A stretch of 64,000 bases of DNA, taken from the NCBI GenBank assembly GCA_950097015.1, contig CATNEN010000025.1:7006001-7070000 (forward strand), given 5' to 3'. The notes under the pieces are model-generated. The model was not told the DNA's origin. It searched no databases and saw only the letters and a list, made by a program, of their open reading frames with translations. A program made the position numbers and the translations under genes. Position 1 is the stretch's first letter. Each line of letters starts with the position of its first letter. This document shows positions 49,771 through 62,000 of this stretch, in pieces. Origin of the DNA: Macrostomum hystrix (taxonomy: Eukaryota; Animalia; Platyhelminthes).

Positions 49771-50494
49771 TTGCTGGGGGATCGAAAAAGTAGGTGAATG
49801 ATTTCTGAGGACCAATAATGGTAGCTAAAGGATTCCTGAGGGATTAATAAAGGGTGGCTGGATGATTCCTGAGGGATCAATTAAGGTAGCTGAGAGATTC
49901 CTGAGGGATCAATTTGGGTTTAAGTATCAAATTTGAGGAGACAGAGGTTCAGACCTTTAACTGAAGGGTTACAAAAAACTATATTTTGGCAATGATAAAA
50001 ATATGGTTAAAATCTATAGCATACTATATAGCATATGCTCAGGACCAAATGAGATTAACAACAAGAGAGCTCAAGTACCAAGCAGAAAAAACAATGAAGG
50101 AAATGTATTTTCCTGTCATTAGAGACACAACAATAAAATGATTACAAAATTGAAGGGAAATATTTAACATGAATAACATTAAACAAAAGCATATTATTAA
50201 GGGTGAAAATTCAGTGACAGTTAAGCGCATAGGTTCCTGTTACAAATCAAACTATAAGTTTTAATTTTACAAAACGTGTCCTCGTTTGATCTAGAAAATT
50301 ATTGAGCTTAAAACCAATTTACGAAACTTGAGATGAGATAAAACTTTAATTGATAACTATCAGAACAGCGTGGCTAAATATTGTAGGTTATTTCGTAGAA
50401 AATGCTAGCTCTGCACGACTCTTAAATGTATATTTATGCTTTTCAGTTTAGATAGTAATAAAATTATAAGAATTATGCCAATAAATACCCTACC

Positions 50495-50960
50495 CAGACA
50501 GGTAGTCAACTGACACCCCAATTAGACAGGTAGTCAACTGACCCCCTAATAAGACAGGTAGTCAACTGACACTCCATACTCAGACAGGTAGTCAACTGAC
50601 ACTCCATACTCAGACAGGTAGTCAACTGACACTCCATACTCAGACAGGTAGTCAACTGACACTCCATACTCAGACAGGTAGTCAACTGACACTCCATACT
50701 CAGACAGGTAGTCAACTGACACTCCATACTCAGACAGGTAGTCAACTGACACTCCATACTCAGACAGGTAGTCAACTTACCCCCCAATTAGACAGGTAGT
50801 CAACTGACCCCCCTAATTAGACAGGTAGTCAACTGACCCCCCAATTAGACAGGTAGTCAACTGACCCCCCAATTAGACAGGTAGTCAACTGACCCCCCCA
50901 ATTAGACAGGTAGTCAACTGACCCCCCAATTAGACAGGTAGTCAACTGACACAACTACTC
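50495..50960. repeat. 28-30-bp composite minisatellite in the U1A-like 3' region
   Basis: CAGACAGGTAGTCAACTGACACTCCATACT and TAGACAGGTAGTCAACTGACCCCCCAAT. Confidence 0.93.
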
Positions 50961-51003
50961 AGACAGTAGTATACAGATTCCCCTTACAATCCAATTAGCC
51001 GAA

Positions 51004-51735
51004 CTATTTCTTAGCAAAGGTGATACGCATTGGGCACTCTGGCTCAATGCAGAATCCATTCAAAGAGTTCTTGGCATGCGAGCTCTCGACCTCGGTGTTG
51101 AATTCGACAAATGCGATATCCGTACGGCCGGGCACCATGCGAACCTCCTTGAAGCCGGCAAACTGGGTGAATAGCACCGTCAGCATTGTCTGATTGGAGC
51201 TAGGCGGCAGGTTAGTGAGGAACAAAATCTGATTGGGCGGCTGTTCGGGTATATTGGCTGGGTTGATTGGCTGTTGAATGCCGCCAGGTTCAGATTTGAT
51301 GGCAGCAGCAGCGGCGGCCAGTCCGCCCTTGGCTGCGGCCAATTTCTTCTTCTTTTTATTGGACAAGCCGGCGTCTTTGCCGGAGCCAGCGCCGGCAGCC
51401 AGACGCTTTGGCCGTTCAACAAAAGTGCCCTTCCGCTTGGCTATGATGTCGGAGTCGGTGCGAGAAAACGCCAGCATCATGGACTTCTCAAAGAATGGAA
51501 AGCCTTGCATAGAGCGGACGGCATTGGCTGCAGATGCCTGATCATTGAACACAACAAATGCTTGGCCCTTCATTTTCATGGTGCGCGATGTGATAATGTC
51601 CAGAATCTGGCCGAACTGGGAGAAGATTGCATAGAGCGATTTCTTTAGCTCGTCTCGTTTCACCTTCTCGTTCAGGTTGCGAATGTAGACTGTATTGTTA
51701 ACTGCTGGGGCCTCCATTTTAGCTGAAGGTGTCAT
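51004..51735 (-). CDS. SNRPA: U1A/U2B''/SNF-family two-RRM protein, U1A-like, intronless, 243 aa
   Basis: NNTVYIRNLNEKVKRDELKKSLYAIFSQFGQILDIITSRTMKMKGQAFVVF...TDSDIIAKRKGTFVERP; RRM2 PPNQILFLTNLP...FKEVRMVPGRTDIAFVEF...MRITFAKK. Confidence 0.9.
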   Translation of the reverse strand: MTPSAKMEAPAVNNTVYIRNLNEKVKRDELKKSLYAIFSQFGQILDIITSRTMKMKGQAFVVFNDQASAANAVRSMQGFPFFEKSMMLAFSRTDSDIIAKRKGTFVERPKRLAAGAGSGKDAGLSNKKKKKLAAAKGGLAAAAAAIKSEPGGIQQPINPANIPEQPPNQILFLTNLPPSSNQTMLTVLFTQFAGFKEVRMVPGRTDIAFVEFNTEVESSHAKNSLNGFCIEPECPMRITFAKK

Positions 51736-53699
51736 AGCAATGTCATGTCATGTTAAAACTTAAAAGTCTAAACTTTTTCAAGGTGACCATGCCATTGTTT
51801 TTTTAGAGCTCAGATTCACTTCAATTCTGGCTGACTTTATATTTTAGGTAGCTTTTATGGAAATTATTTTTTAGGGAATACAATTTTGTTACAAAATTAC
51901 TTTGAAAGTTAGGGGGTTTCAATATGAACATTTTTGTGACTAATTTATCCAGCCACAAATAGACAAATACGAGCCGTAAGATTCATCAGCCACAAAGCGT
52001 TTAAAGTAATATAAACTCACATATAATTACCAACTTTCAATATGAATATGAACTTAAATAAATGCACAATTCTGCAAATTGAAATGCCAGCTATCCACCA
52101 TTCATATGAGTACTTCTCATACTTCTATAGAATATATTATAAAAGTTTCCTATTTTTCATATTGAATCCATGCTTTCTGTCACAAAGGTGGCCTTTGCCA
52201 TGAAAACTTCAAGCACACACAAGGGGTGCCTAGTGTACTTGGTGCGTAATTACTGTACACAAGGGGTCCTTGGCACACTTGTCATACAATAATGTTGCAT
52301 ACAAAGAACTGAGATGCACAATCATAGCATACACTGAGGTGCACACTAGTGGAAACCAGCACAAGCATATGAAGCTATACTTGGAAAAAATTGCTGATAT
52401 TTTAGTAACCTTGGCCTAAATCACTAAGTCAGGCCAAATAAACTGGAATTAAAACCCTCACCAAAATAAAAAATAAAATTCTGATTTCATTGTATTTTAA
52501 TTAAATTGGATTATTCATATTGTAAAATCACTTTGTCACTTCTTAGCATTTAACAAGTGACCTTTTGCTCAAGAATTAAAATAAATATAGTTGTAAATGT
52601 GCATATTGACATTGACATTTAAGATTTAAACTAGCACTTAGGTACCATAGTTAAATATGATATAAGCATTTAAATTTACTTTTGAAAGTTGGACATACAA
52701 AAGCTTCCAACTATGAAGTAAGTAATGTGATTTTTTGCTGCAAAGCTGGTACCCTAGAATCTTGGCTCGGTGCATTGCACAACAGCAGCAAATGCAGTTT
52801 TGCAAAAATGTGCTTATTGTCCCATGGTACAAAAGTGGTTTAGTGTTGCAGATATTGCACAAAAAGCATATTAGAAAACAGTTTTTTATAGTCACATGGC
52901 ACTCCAAGTGGTTCTTTGTGTTGTTGCATGCCAACACATTTCTGGTGGTTTTTTTCAATGCACACTGTCACCTTTGTTACAATAGGGCAAAAATAAAATA
53001 AAACAAAAAATTAAAATCAAACAACCTCCTAAATTTAGTTAACATTAAACTAATTTTATGATTGAGCCAAATCAGCTTATTACTGAATTGGTTTTAGGCT
53101 GAAAAAAACAATTTACCCTTCAACTAGATCATGTTCAATACTTCTATTTCAACTTTGGCACAAACTGCTCAGACATGTCTTAACAAGCTTTTAGCTTAAA
53201 AGTACATGAAGCCAAAAATATAGCCCTAAAAGAGTGCTATGCCATATGATACAAATATGCCTTTACCCTCCAGAAACTCTAATCTTAGGCCAAGAATTGT
53301 ATCAAAGATGTGAATTATTTTCGGCTCTGGTAACAATTGTATTGATAAATATAAAGTAGTCCTTTTGTTCACTGATAAATATTTAAATTTCAAGAGCAGC
53401 AAAACCACCAAAGATACAATATCAGTGGCAGTGGACATCATAAAAGTGTAACAACTTGTGAAAGTGCAAAGCAGTGCCACAAAGCACAAAAAATTGATTC
53501 TTTTGCCACAACTGTCACAATTTTACACAGAAAGGACTCATCAAGCCTAGTGATGCAATTGGTTGAGCCTAATGTCTAGCCTGAAGTAATACTGTGGTTG
53601 GATGCCAAAACAATTAATGCCAAAAGCAATATGCTCTTCTACTGCGCACTAGTCCTAAAGATCTGAAAGATTCTGAAAGGCCTGGAGGATATTAGCAAC

Positions 53700-54060
53700 A
53701 ACTTTGCAACAGCAAGAGGCAAGATAATATTTCAAAGATAGGACAATGTTAGATATAAGAAATTCAACTTCCTACAGATTTGTCAAAAAGGTGAGAGAAT
53801 TGACACCTTCCACAACAGGCTATGTGAAGCAGCAAAATAGGCCTATGTGATCTTGCAGTATTAAATGCAGACCACAAGACAAAGCTATCTAATGAAGAAA
53901 GGATTCTGGGAGATCTCATAGCGTTTAACTGCCTGTCAGCCAACCTTCAATGGAAGTTGATCTAGGAGGGATCTGTGCTGAATTTATAAAGAGCTTTAGA
54001 GCTTGGAAGATGCTTTGAGTAGGTCTAGGCTATACAAACAAGCAGAGTGAAAGCATCAAA
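53700..54060 (+). pseudogene. Decayed Ty3/Gypsy gag-like fragment
   Basis: VRYKKFNFLQICQKGERIDTFHNRLCEAAK* ... EERILGDLIAFNCLSANLQWKLI*EGSVLNL*RALELGRCFE*. Resembles the retrotransposon gag motif (Q..GE.ID.F..RL / IRD.I...C....L..KL...LTL.KAL). Multiple stops. Confidence 0.55.
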
Positions 54061-55769
54061 AAGAAACTTTAGTAGGCCTATGGAACAATCAGAGGTGAAT
54101 TGCCATTAGGCCACATTTTTTAGAGCAGCCAAACAACTAAAGATACAAAACCTAGCCTGACCTAGTACCATATCACCTGAAATATAAAATGTGAGACACT
54201 AACTTTTTATTTTAGCTAGAGATGCTAGCTAAATAGGAAATAGGCCTACTGTCTGATTAAATATTGAGAAGAGTCAAGACCCAGTGATTTGGCAATGTAG
54301 GTGGAGTTGTATAGGCCTAGTGTAGTTGCTAGGCCCCTATGGTTAGGCCCTAGCTATAAAATTCAAAATAATATTTAAAAAGAATATTAAGTGCATTAGA
54401 GGTCTACAATAACCAGCTCCTTTTTAACTGAAAAATAGTAATAATATAATACAAGCACTAATGGTAGTGCTGTGTTACAAAACTTAAATGATTCAACAAA
54501 GAAAATATTAATGAATCCATTATGTACCAATTTTAATGCAAGTAGGCCTATTGCTTAAAACTTTAAAGAGCAACACTCCAAAATTGCTTTGGTGATAATA
54601 CAATGGCCATGGCTCTTTTGAAATTAGATTTTAAGTAATGGCAATAAAATGTCGGCTTCACAAATAATGAATTAATGATCGATTCCAGGTGTCTTTTCGT
54701 CAACTGTGCTGAATTTTTTAAGTAGGCCCTACTTTAAAGTTTTGAACGTTACAATTATAGAAATAAAATCGGTTATCCTAATTATTTTATTCGAGCTGTC
54801 AGTTTGCGCCGTAATGGTGACAAGGCAGGAAAGGCCTACTGCGTTGTGCACCACATGAAGCTGACGAGCTGTAACGGTTCAGTAGGCCCTAGTGCAGTCA
54901 CCTGGAGACACGTTCTGTCGGCTTTACAAGAAGTGAAGTCGACAACTATTATTTTGCATTGTGCATTTTATTACTAGAAAATACTAAAAACATACATTTA
55001 TACATAGCGAAACCTCAAACAGCGACTATCCGAGACTTGAAAGCGTCAGACTTGAACGCATTGATTCACAAATAATCTGATAAATAAATCACGCAAAATC
55101 ACACCGAGCGTTAAAAATAACTCGCCAAAATGACACGAAAATGAGCTGCGCAAGCAAAAGTAACGGCAGCCTGCTCACATAGCAAAATGTGGCAGTTTCT
55201 TTGCAACATTTTTTTCGATTTTGAATAGTGATTAGACGATTTAAATTTTGAAAATATTCTATATGTTTAACTACTACTACAAAATGAAAATATGCTTATC
55301 TGATAATAAATCATGCTTAACGTATGCTAAACAAGAAATTCTGATTTATACTTTGGAACTTAAACGTATATATTTTATAAAAATCGTAAATATTCTTAGT
55401 CACATAGTCACATCTTAAAGTAACATATTTATCTTCTTACGTAGTGTATTGTATAAGATTCCATCTTATAATTTACATCCTGTACGTTGCCAAGGTGCAA
55501 CGCTGCGGTTATCACATGATATCCATAAAAATAGTGAACGATAGGAAGAGGATGCGTCTTATGCGCAAAACACATGCATTGCAGTATACAGCACAGGTAA
55601 TGTCGACTCCTAGCAAAGTTTTATCGCATATTCATTTTGCATGCAATGATCGATACTTTTTGTTATTATAGATCAGCAAGTGTTGCGAAGATTACACAAA
55701 ATTAGAAAGCTCTTTTATTAGTAGAAAGTACATTTCACATATTTAATTTGTGAGCGCATATTTAATAGG

Positions 55770-56235
55770 TCACCGACTTCGAGAAGTATCATTGGCCGGC
55801 GATAGTCTCGCCTTTAGCATTAGCTGATTAGATTCTCGTGTCGCTTTCGCCCAAGCCTGCCGACGCTGCGCCTCCAGGATGGCCAGCTGGCGCTGCAGCT
55901 GAGCCTCTTCAAAACGGTTGCGCATCCAGCAGCGCACGGACAGTTCAGACCTAATAGGCAGGCGTCCATTAGTACTGAAACTTGCACCACTACCTAGACT
56001 GCTGCTGCTGCTGCCGATGCTGCTAGAGCTGTAGCCGTTTCGACAGTCTCTGGACAATGAAGACTTTGCTGATCCGGTAGATGAGGAGGTGAATTCGCCT
56101 GAGAGAAGGCGTTATTATAACTGCGGTTTTTTAATAGGCTCTTTCCAGTGTTACTGTCGGGCCGATGATTCTGCTAAAAATGGGCAATTTCTTAAACTTA
56201 CCTGCAGCGCTTGTGAAGCACAGTTTAGTGTCCAT
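55770..56235 (-). CDS. Small uncharacterised Ser-rich/coiled-coil protein, ~120 aa; exons 56235-56202 and 56098-55770
   Basis: ATG-GAC-ACT...GCA-G|GTAAGT, a 103-bp intron, then CTTCTCTCAG|GC in matching phase 1. Product MDTKLCFTSAAGEFTSSSTGSAKSSLSRDCRNG...RNRFEEAQLQRQLAILEAQRRQAWAKATRESNQLMLK. Confidence 0.65.
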
Positions 56236-56959
56236 AAATATTATCTGAATTAGATTTAGAAAAGGTATGTAGTATCGTTAGCAGAACAGCTGAAATTCGG
56301 CCGTATTTTCATGCAGACATTTGATCTGTCTGGAGAATGCAACTTATATACGTACAGACGATTCAAGCGCAGATGTGGCAGTCATGCCAGTCTGATAAGA
56401 TAAAAATTTTGTGCAGCAGAAACGGCTACAGAAGAAAGCAAAAGTCATTTAATCTGCTGCAGTCTGTTTTTTGGCATCCGTCATGTAAAAAAGTTTTTTT
56501 GTCCTTAAAAAACGTCAGCCAAATAAGCTTTATTCTTTGAACCCGAAGAACTATCGGTCTTGTACGATAAGTCCAACATATGTGATATGAAGAAAGTAAG
56601 CAGTAAAAAACACAACTATTTTCCTTGATGTGATGTCAAAAAATCTGTTAGCAATTTCTAAGGGTATTTGCTATTCAGCTCTTTGTTATTAAGCTTTGTG
56701 TTTTGAAACAGCAGTATACTACTAAAAAATAAACTTTTCAAAAAGTCATAACATTGAAATTTAGAATTATCATGAAACAAAAAGATAATAAAACTGATTG
56801 ACTTATGGAATTCTGCGAATTTTCATTGCGTATGAAAAACACTAACAGTGAATGCAAGAGCTTAGCTTTCCTTTTAGCTGGTCAACAAGCACGTCTCGTA
56901 AACATCTTTCTAAAGCAAGTCTTTCTAAAAAAGCAGCCCGATGGGTGCAGTAAGGCTGG

Positions 56960-58140
56960 TTACCAGTCTGTGTACATTGAGGTGGGGTGGGATTGGTTAC
57001 CAGTCTGTGTACATTGAGGTGGGGTGGGATTGGTTGCCAGTCTGTGTACATTGAGGTGGGGTGGGATTGGTTGCCAGTCTGTGTACATTGAGGTGGGGTG
57101 GGATTGGTTGCCAGTCTGTGTACATTGAGGTGGGGTGGGATTGGTTGCCAGTCTGTGTACATTGAGGTGGGGTGGGATTGGTTGCCAGTCTGTGTACAAT
57201 GAGGTGGGGTGGGATTGGTTGCCAGTCTGTGTACATTGAGGTGGGGTGGGATTGGTTACCAGTCTGTGTACATTGAGGTGGGGTGGGATTGGTTGCCAGT
57301 CTGTGTACATTGAGGTGGGGTGGGATTGGTTGCCAGTCTGTGTACATTGAGGTGGGGTGGGATTGGTTGCCAGTCTGTGTACATTGAGGTGGGGTGGGAT
57401 TGGTTGCCAGTCTGTGTACATTGAGGTGGGGTGGGATTGGTTGCCAGTCTGTGTACAATGAGGTGGGGTGGGATTGGTTGCCAGTCTGTGTACATTGAGG
57501 TGGGGTGGGATTGGTTACCAGTCTGTGTACATTGAGGTGGGGTGGGATTGGTTGCCAGTCTGTGTACATTGAGGTGGGGTGGGATTGGTTGCCAGTCTGT
57601 GTACATTGAGGTGGGGTGGGATTGGTTGCCAGTCTGTGTACATTGAGGTGGGGTGGGATTGGTTACCAGTCTGTGTATATTGAGGTGGGGTGGGATTGGT
57701 TACCAGTCTGTGTACATATAGGTGTGGTGGGGTTGCTTATGAGTATGTGTACATTGGGGTGGAGTGGGGTTTGTTTTCAGTCCGTTTACATCGGGTGGAG
57801 TGGGGTTGGTTACCAGTCTGTGTACATTGAGGTGGGGTGGGATTGGTTGCCAGTCTGTGTACATTGAGGTGGGGTGGGATTGGTTGCCAGTCTGTGTACA
57901 TTGAGGTGGGGTGGGATTGGTTGCCAGTCTGTGTACATTGAGGTGGGGTGGGATTGGTTACCAGTCTGTGTACATTGAGGTGGGGTGGGATTGGTTACCA
58001 GTCTGTGTACATATAGGTGTGGTGGGGTTGCTTATGAGTATGTGTACATTGGGGTGGAGTGGGGTTTGTTTTCAGTCCGTGTACATCGGGTGGAGTGGGG
58101 TTGGTTACCAGTCTGTGTACATTGGGTGGAGTGGTGTTAG
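56960..58140. repeat. 37-bp G-rich minisatellite (~30 copies) with a 295-bp higher-order duplication
   Basis: TGAGGTGGGGTGGGATTGGTTGCCAGTCTGTGTACAT. Confidence 0.95.
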
Positions 58141-59058
58141 TTACTAGTCCATGTACGTTTGGGTGGGGTGGGGTTGGTCACGACTCTGTACGTTTGGGGT
58201 TTAGTGAAGGATACTTAAATATTTTCATCAGACTGCTTAATTATTAGTGCCTCGGAGACATAAATTAATAAAAAGGCGAGGAAATTGATGCATCGAATGT
58301 GTAAGCACATTCTGCTGTTAAAAGCTAATCCAACAGAATACAAACAAAATATTGACAGTAAAGAGAGCGAGAGAGGGAAGGAGTATTGCGGTATAATGTA
58401 AGACTGAGAATACACTCAAGCTGAAAGTTTACACTCAAGCTGAAATTCAAAATCCCAAATCGATTCTGCAATCAGCTTTTCAAAAAAGGGCCTTAAAATG
58501 AGCAATTAAAAAAACTTTTAGCTGACTGAGAATAATTCACAATGAAAACGAGAGGGTAGAAGAGAGATTCAGCATTACCAAGAACTGATATAGTTTTAAA
58601 ATAGTTTTGAGCCATTACGAGACGCATTACAATATTATTAAACAACTGCAAAAAGGCAGTAAGCTTCTTGTTAACTAGACATGGCAAGCTGCAAATTTCT
58701 GTATTAAGACTCTTTTTACATTGAAAATTGCATCAACATCGAACCGTGAGTGACAAGTGACAACTTTGTAAGTAGGTAACGTCCTACGTTCAATTTATGC
58801 AATAAATATTTCACAAATCTCTTGGATTATGTCGATTGTCTTTATACACAAAGACAATCAAGAGGGCTGTCAGACGCAATTTGAATAGGATGCCAGATAG
58901 AATTTAACTAATTACCACAAAAATCTATCTAAACCTTCCCCGACTGTCAAAGACCAATTGTCGCTCAAGCAATACAGCTGACATGCAGAGTTGACAGCGA
59001 ATTCTGGATTAAAAATTCTGGATCAATAAGAGATTATCGATGAGCCTTCATAGCCCAG

Positions 59059-62000
59059 TCAGGCTCTCAGGCAGGGGCAGCACAGGTGTCGCCTAATCAG
59101 GGAGCCCAGCCGGCGCTGCAGGGCCCGCATCTCGTCGGCGGCCGCAGTGGGCAGGCCAGCCAAGGCCCTGTCGCGAGCCGAAGCCAGCGAAGCGGCCCAG
59201 CTGCCCGGCTCCAGACGGTCCAGCGGCCAAGCCATCAGCAGCGCCAGCGCCAGCATGCCCGGGTCTCCTGTGGCCGGCTCCGCCTCAGCCTCCTCCTCGT
59301 CGACTTCCTCTTCTAACTCTTCAGTCGCAGCGGTGCTGACTTCGCCAAGCGACGGAAATCGCCAGCCGGCGAAAGCGTCAAGCACGACGGCAGCGGCGGG
59401 CGAAGCTGCCAGAGCAGCCAACGTGGCTAATGCCAGCGCCGATTCGTCGACTTCGGCGACGGTCGAGTCGACGGTATCGGAGCTCGGCGCGGTGTAGAAT
59501 GCAGCGGCTGCGTCTGCGACAGCGGCGGCTGCATTGGCTGCATCCTGTGAGTCAAATTGGGGACCAAGGGGGAGCTCTCGCAGCCGAAGCTTCTCGCACA
59601 GCTCGCGAAGGTGACTGGCGGCTGCGGCAAAAGTCTCCAGCCAATCAGCGTCGTCCGGATGTTCGGCGCCCGTTTCCGATTCGCTGACTCGTGCCGAAAT
59701 AGAAAGATTTCTCGCCTCACGATTGGTTGGCTGGGCTAGCCAATCGTTGAGCGCAGCTACGAGGCGCAGTAGTGACGCCCGGCCGAAACACTCGACGTGC
59801 CTGGTACCTGGCGCCGCAGAGCAGCGAATTTCTGGATCGCCTGGACGCCTGGTTGCCATGACGGCGGCCAGGAATCGCCTGGAGATGCGGAACAGGCGAG
59901 GCGCAGCGCTGTCGGCGCCGATGGCGCGAGTCAGGATGCAGTAGCCGCGCGGCTGGCCCGTCACCTGCGGTAGCGCGATAATATGTGTAAAATAGGAAGC
60001 GATAGAATAGGATTGAAACCGAGTCCAGTCACAGATCCACAGGGAGCAAATGGCACAAAAAATTGCAGACAAGAAAAGCAAGAGAAGTTAAACACAACTG
60101 ACCAAAATATACAACTGCAACAATGATACAACGGGCATAAATACACGACTGGCACAAAGACACAACTACAACAAAGACTGGCACAAAGACACAACTACAA
60201 CAAAGACTGGCACAAAGACAGGACTGACCAAATGACAACTGCAGCAGTGATAAAACGGGCACATATACATGCCTGGCACACAAGACAAAACTGGCACAAA
60301 CACACAACTGAAACAAAGACACGACTGGCACAAAGACACAATTAAAACATCGACACAACTACAACAAAGACACAACTGGCACAAAGACAAATACACAACA
60401 ACTACAACAAAGACACAACTACAACAAAGACGCAACTACAACAAAGACACAACTACAACAAAGACACAACTACAACAAAGACACAACTACAACAAAGACA
60501 CACCTGGCACAAAGACACAACCGGCACAAAGACACAACTGGCACAAAGACGCAACTGGCACAAAGACGCAACTACCACAAAGACACAACTACCACAAATA
60601 CACAACTACCACAAAGACACAACTACAACAAAGACTGGCACGAAGACACGAATGACAAAATGACAACTGCAACAATGATAAAACGGGCACAAATACATAC
60701 CTGACACAAGACAAAACTGGCACAAACACACAACTACAACAAAGACACAAATACAACAAAGACACAACTCGAAAAAGACAGGACTGGCACAAAGACACAA
60801 CAGGCACAGAGCCAAATTGCGCAGTGCTCCCACCGAGTCCGGATAGTGCAGCGCGGTCCACATTCGCTCCAGCGGCACCCAGTGTGCGGGATATTTGAAC
60901 CTGGCCGTGTCCATCACCAGCAGAAGGCGCCGTTCAGGATGATAGCCGCCAATCGGGGCGAAATGTCCGTCGCCAGTCTGGTCTAGGCCTTGCCGGCCGT
61001 AGCTGACGACAAGAATCTTCTCCTCTGATTGGCTGCAGGACTGGGCGGCCCGTTCGAACTCTTCAATGCTGGCCGCCTCAGTGGCCATCACCAGCTGCTC
61101 AACCTGAATGACAGCAGAGAGGAAACAGGCCTGAAACAATGCTGTGGCGGTGATCACACGATTTTGTCGTGATTTAACAGTAGAAAGAGCACGGGGGAAA
61201 TTTCAAATATCCGCATTTTTCATTTTTCTAAAGAGTGTGGAGAATGAAAGCATTTTAGAAATACTCCAGTTGGGTGGGGGTGACTGGTAAAGTGGTCTAA
61301 CGCGCAGCCGCGGGGAGAAGGCTTGGGGGCTTGTCGCGCAATTTGCACCCTTGAGGGCCAACCTCCAAGGCACAGTGAAAGTGTACACTGCCTGACGATG
61401 AGTGAGCGTGTGCCTGCGTACAGTATCTGTGTGCGTATGTGCTCATGAGTCAGCGAAATGGGCGGGATTGCCTTCTTATAACACAGTTGGGTCAGATGTG
61501 CAGCAACTGAAAGTGGCGTACGGCTGTCCAGTCCATGGACTGGGTTGACGCAACACCCACCCTCGATAACGCCAGCTGGTGCTGGTACCCATGTAACAGC
61601 TGGGTGAACTGAAGCGATGCAGAGTTTGTGAATTGTGTGTCTTGCTAAAAAACACAAATAGTTCCGGTGGAGTCGGGATTCGGGAATCGAACCCCCGACC
61701 TTCAGGCTCTAATCACTAGGCCACAAGCCCAGTCTTAAGTTGAGGTAGCAAGGGGTAAAAGCTTACCTGCAATGAGTTGCACTCAGCCAGGCAGATGAAC
61801 TCGGCCATGGTGATGCCCGACGTGCGCACCCGACTCAGCGGAATGCAGCAGTCGAGCATCTCTTCGTGAAACCAACGCCAGGGGCCTTTCCAGACCCGGC
61901 CGGGGTCAATCTCCAGGCTGTTGAGGCACATGACTAGCGTTGCCAGCCCGCAATAGGCCGGATGGTCCTGAGTTAGGAACTGAGATGCCAGCCGGAAGTA

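Noticed and set aside
61682-61730. tRNA gene
   Set aside because: A- and B-boxes are present, but there is no complete cloverleaf and the sequence continues into a SINE body shared with other copies.
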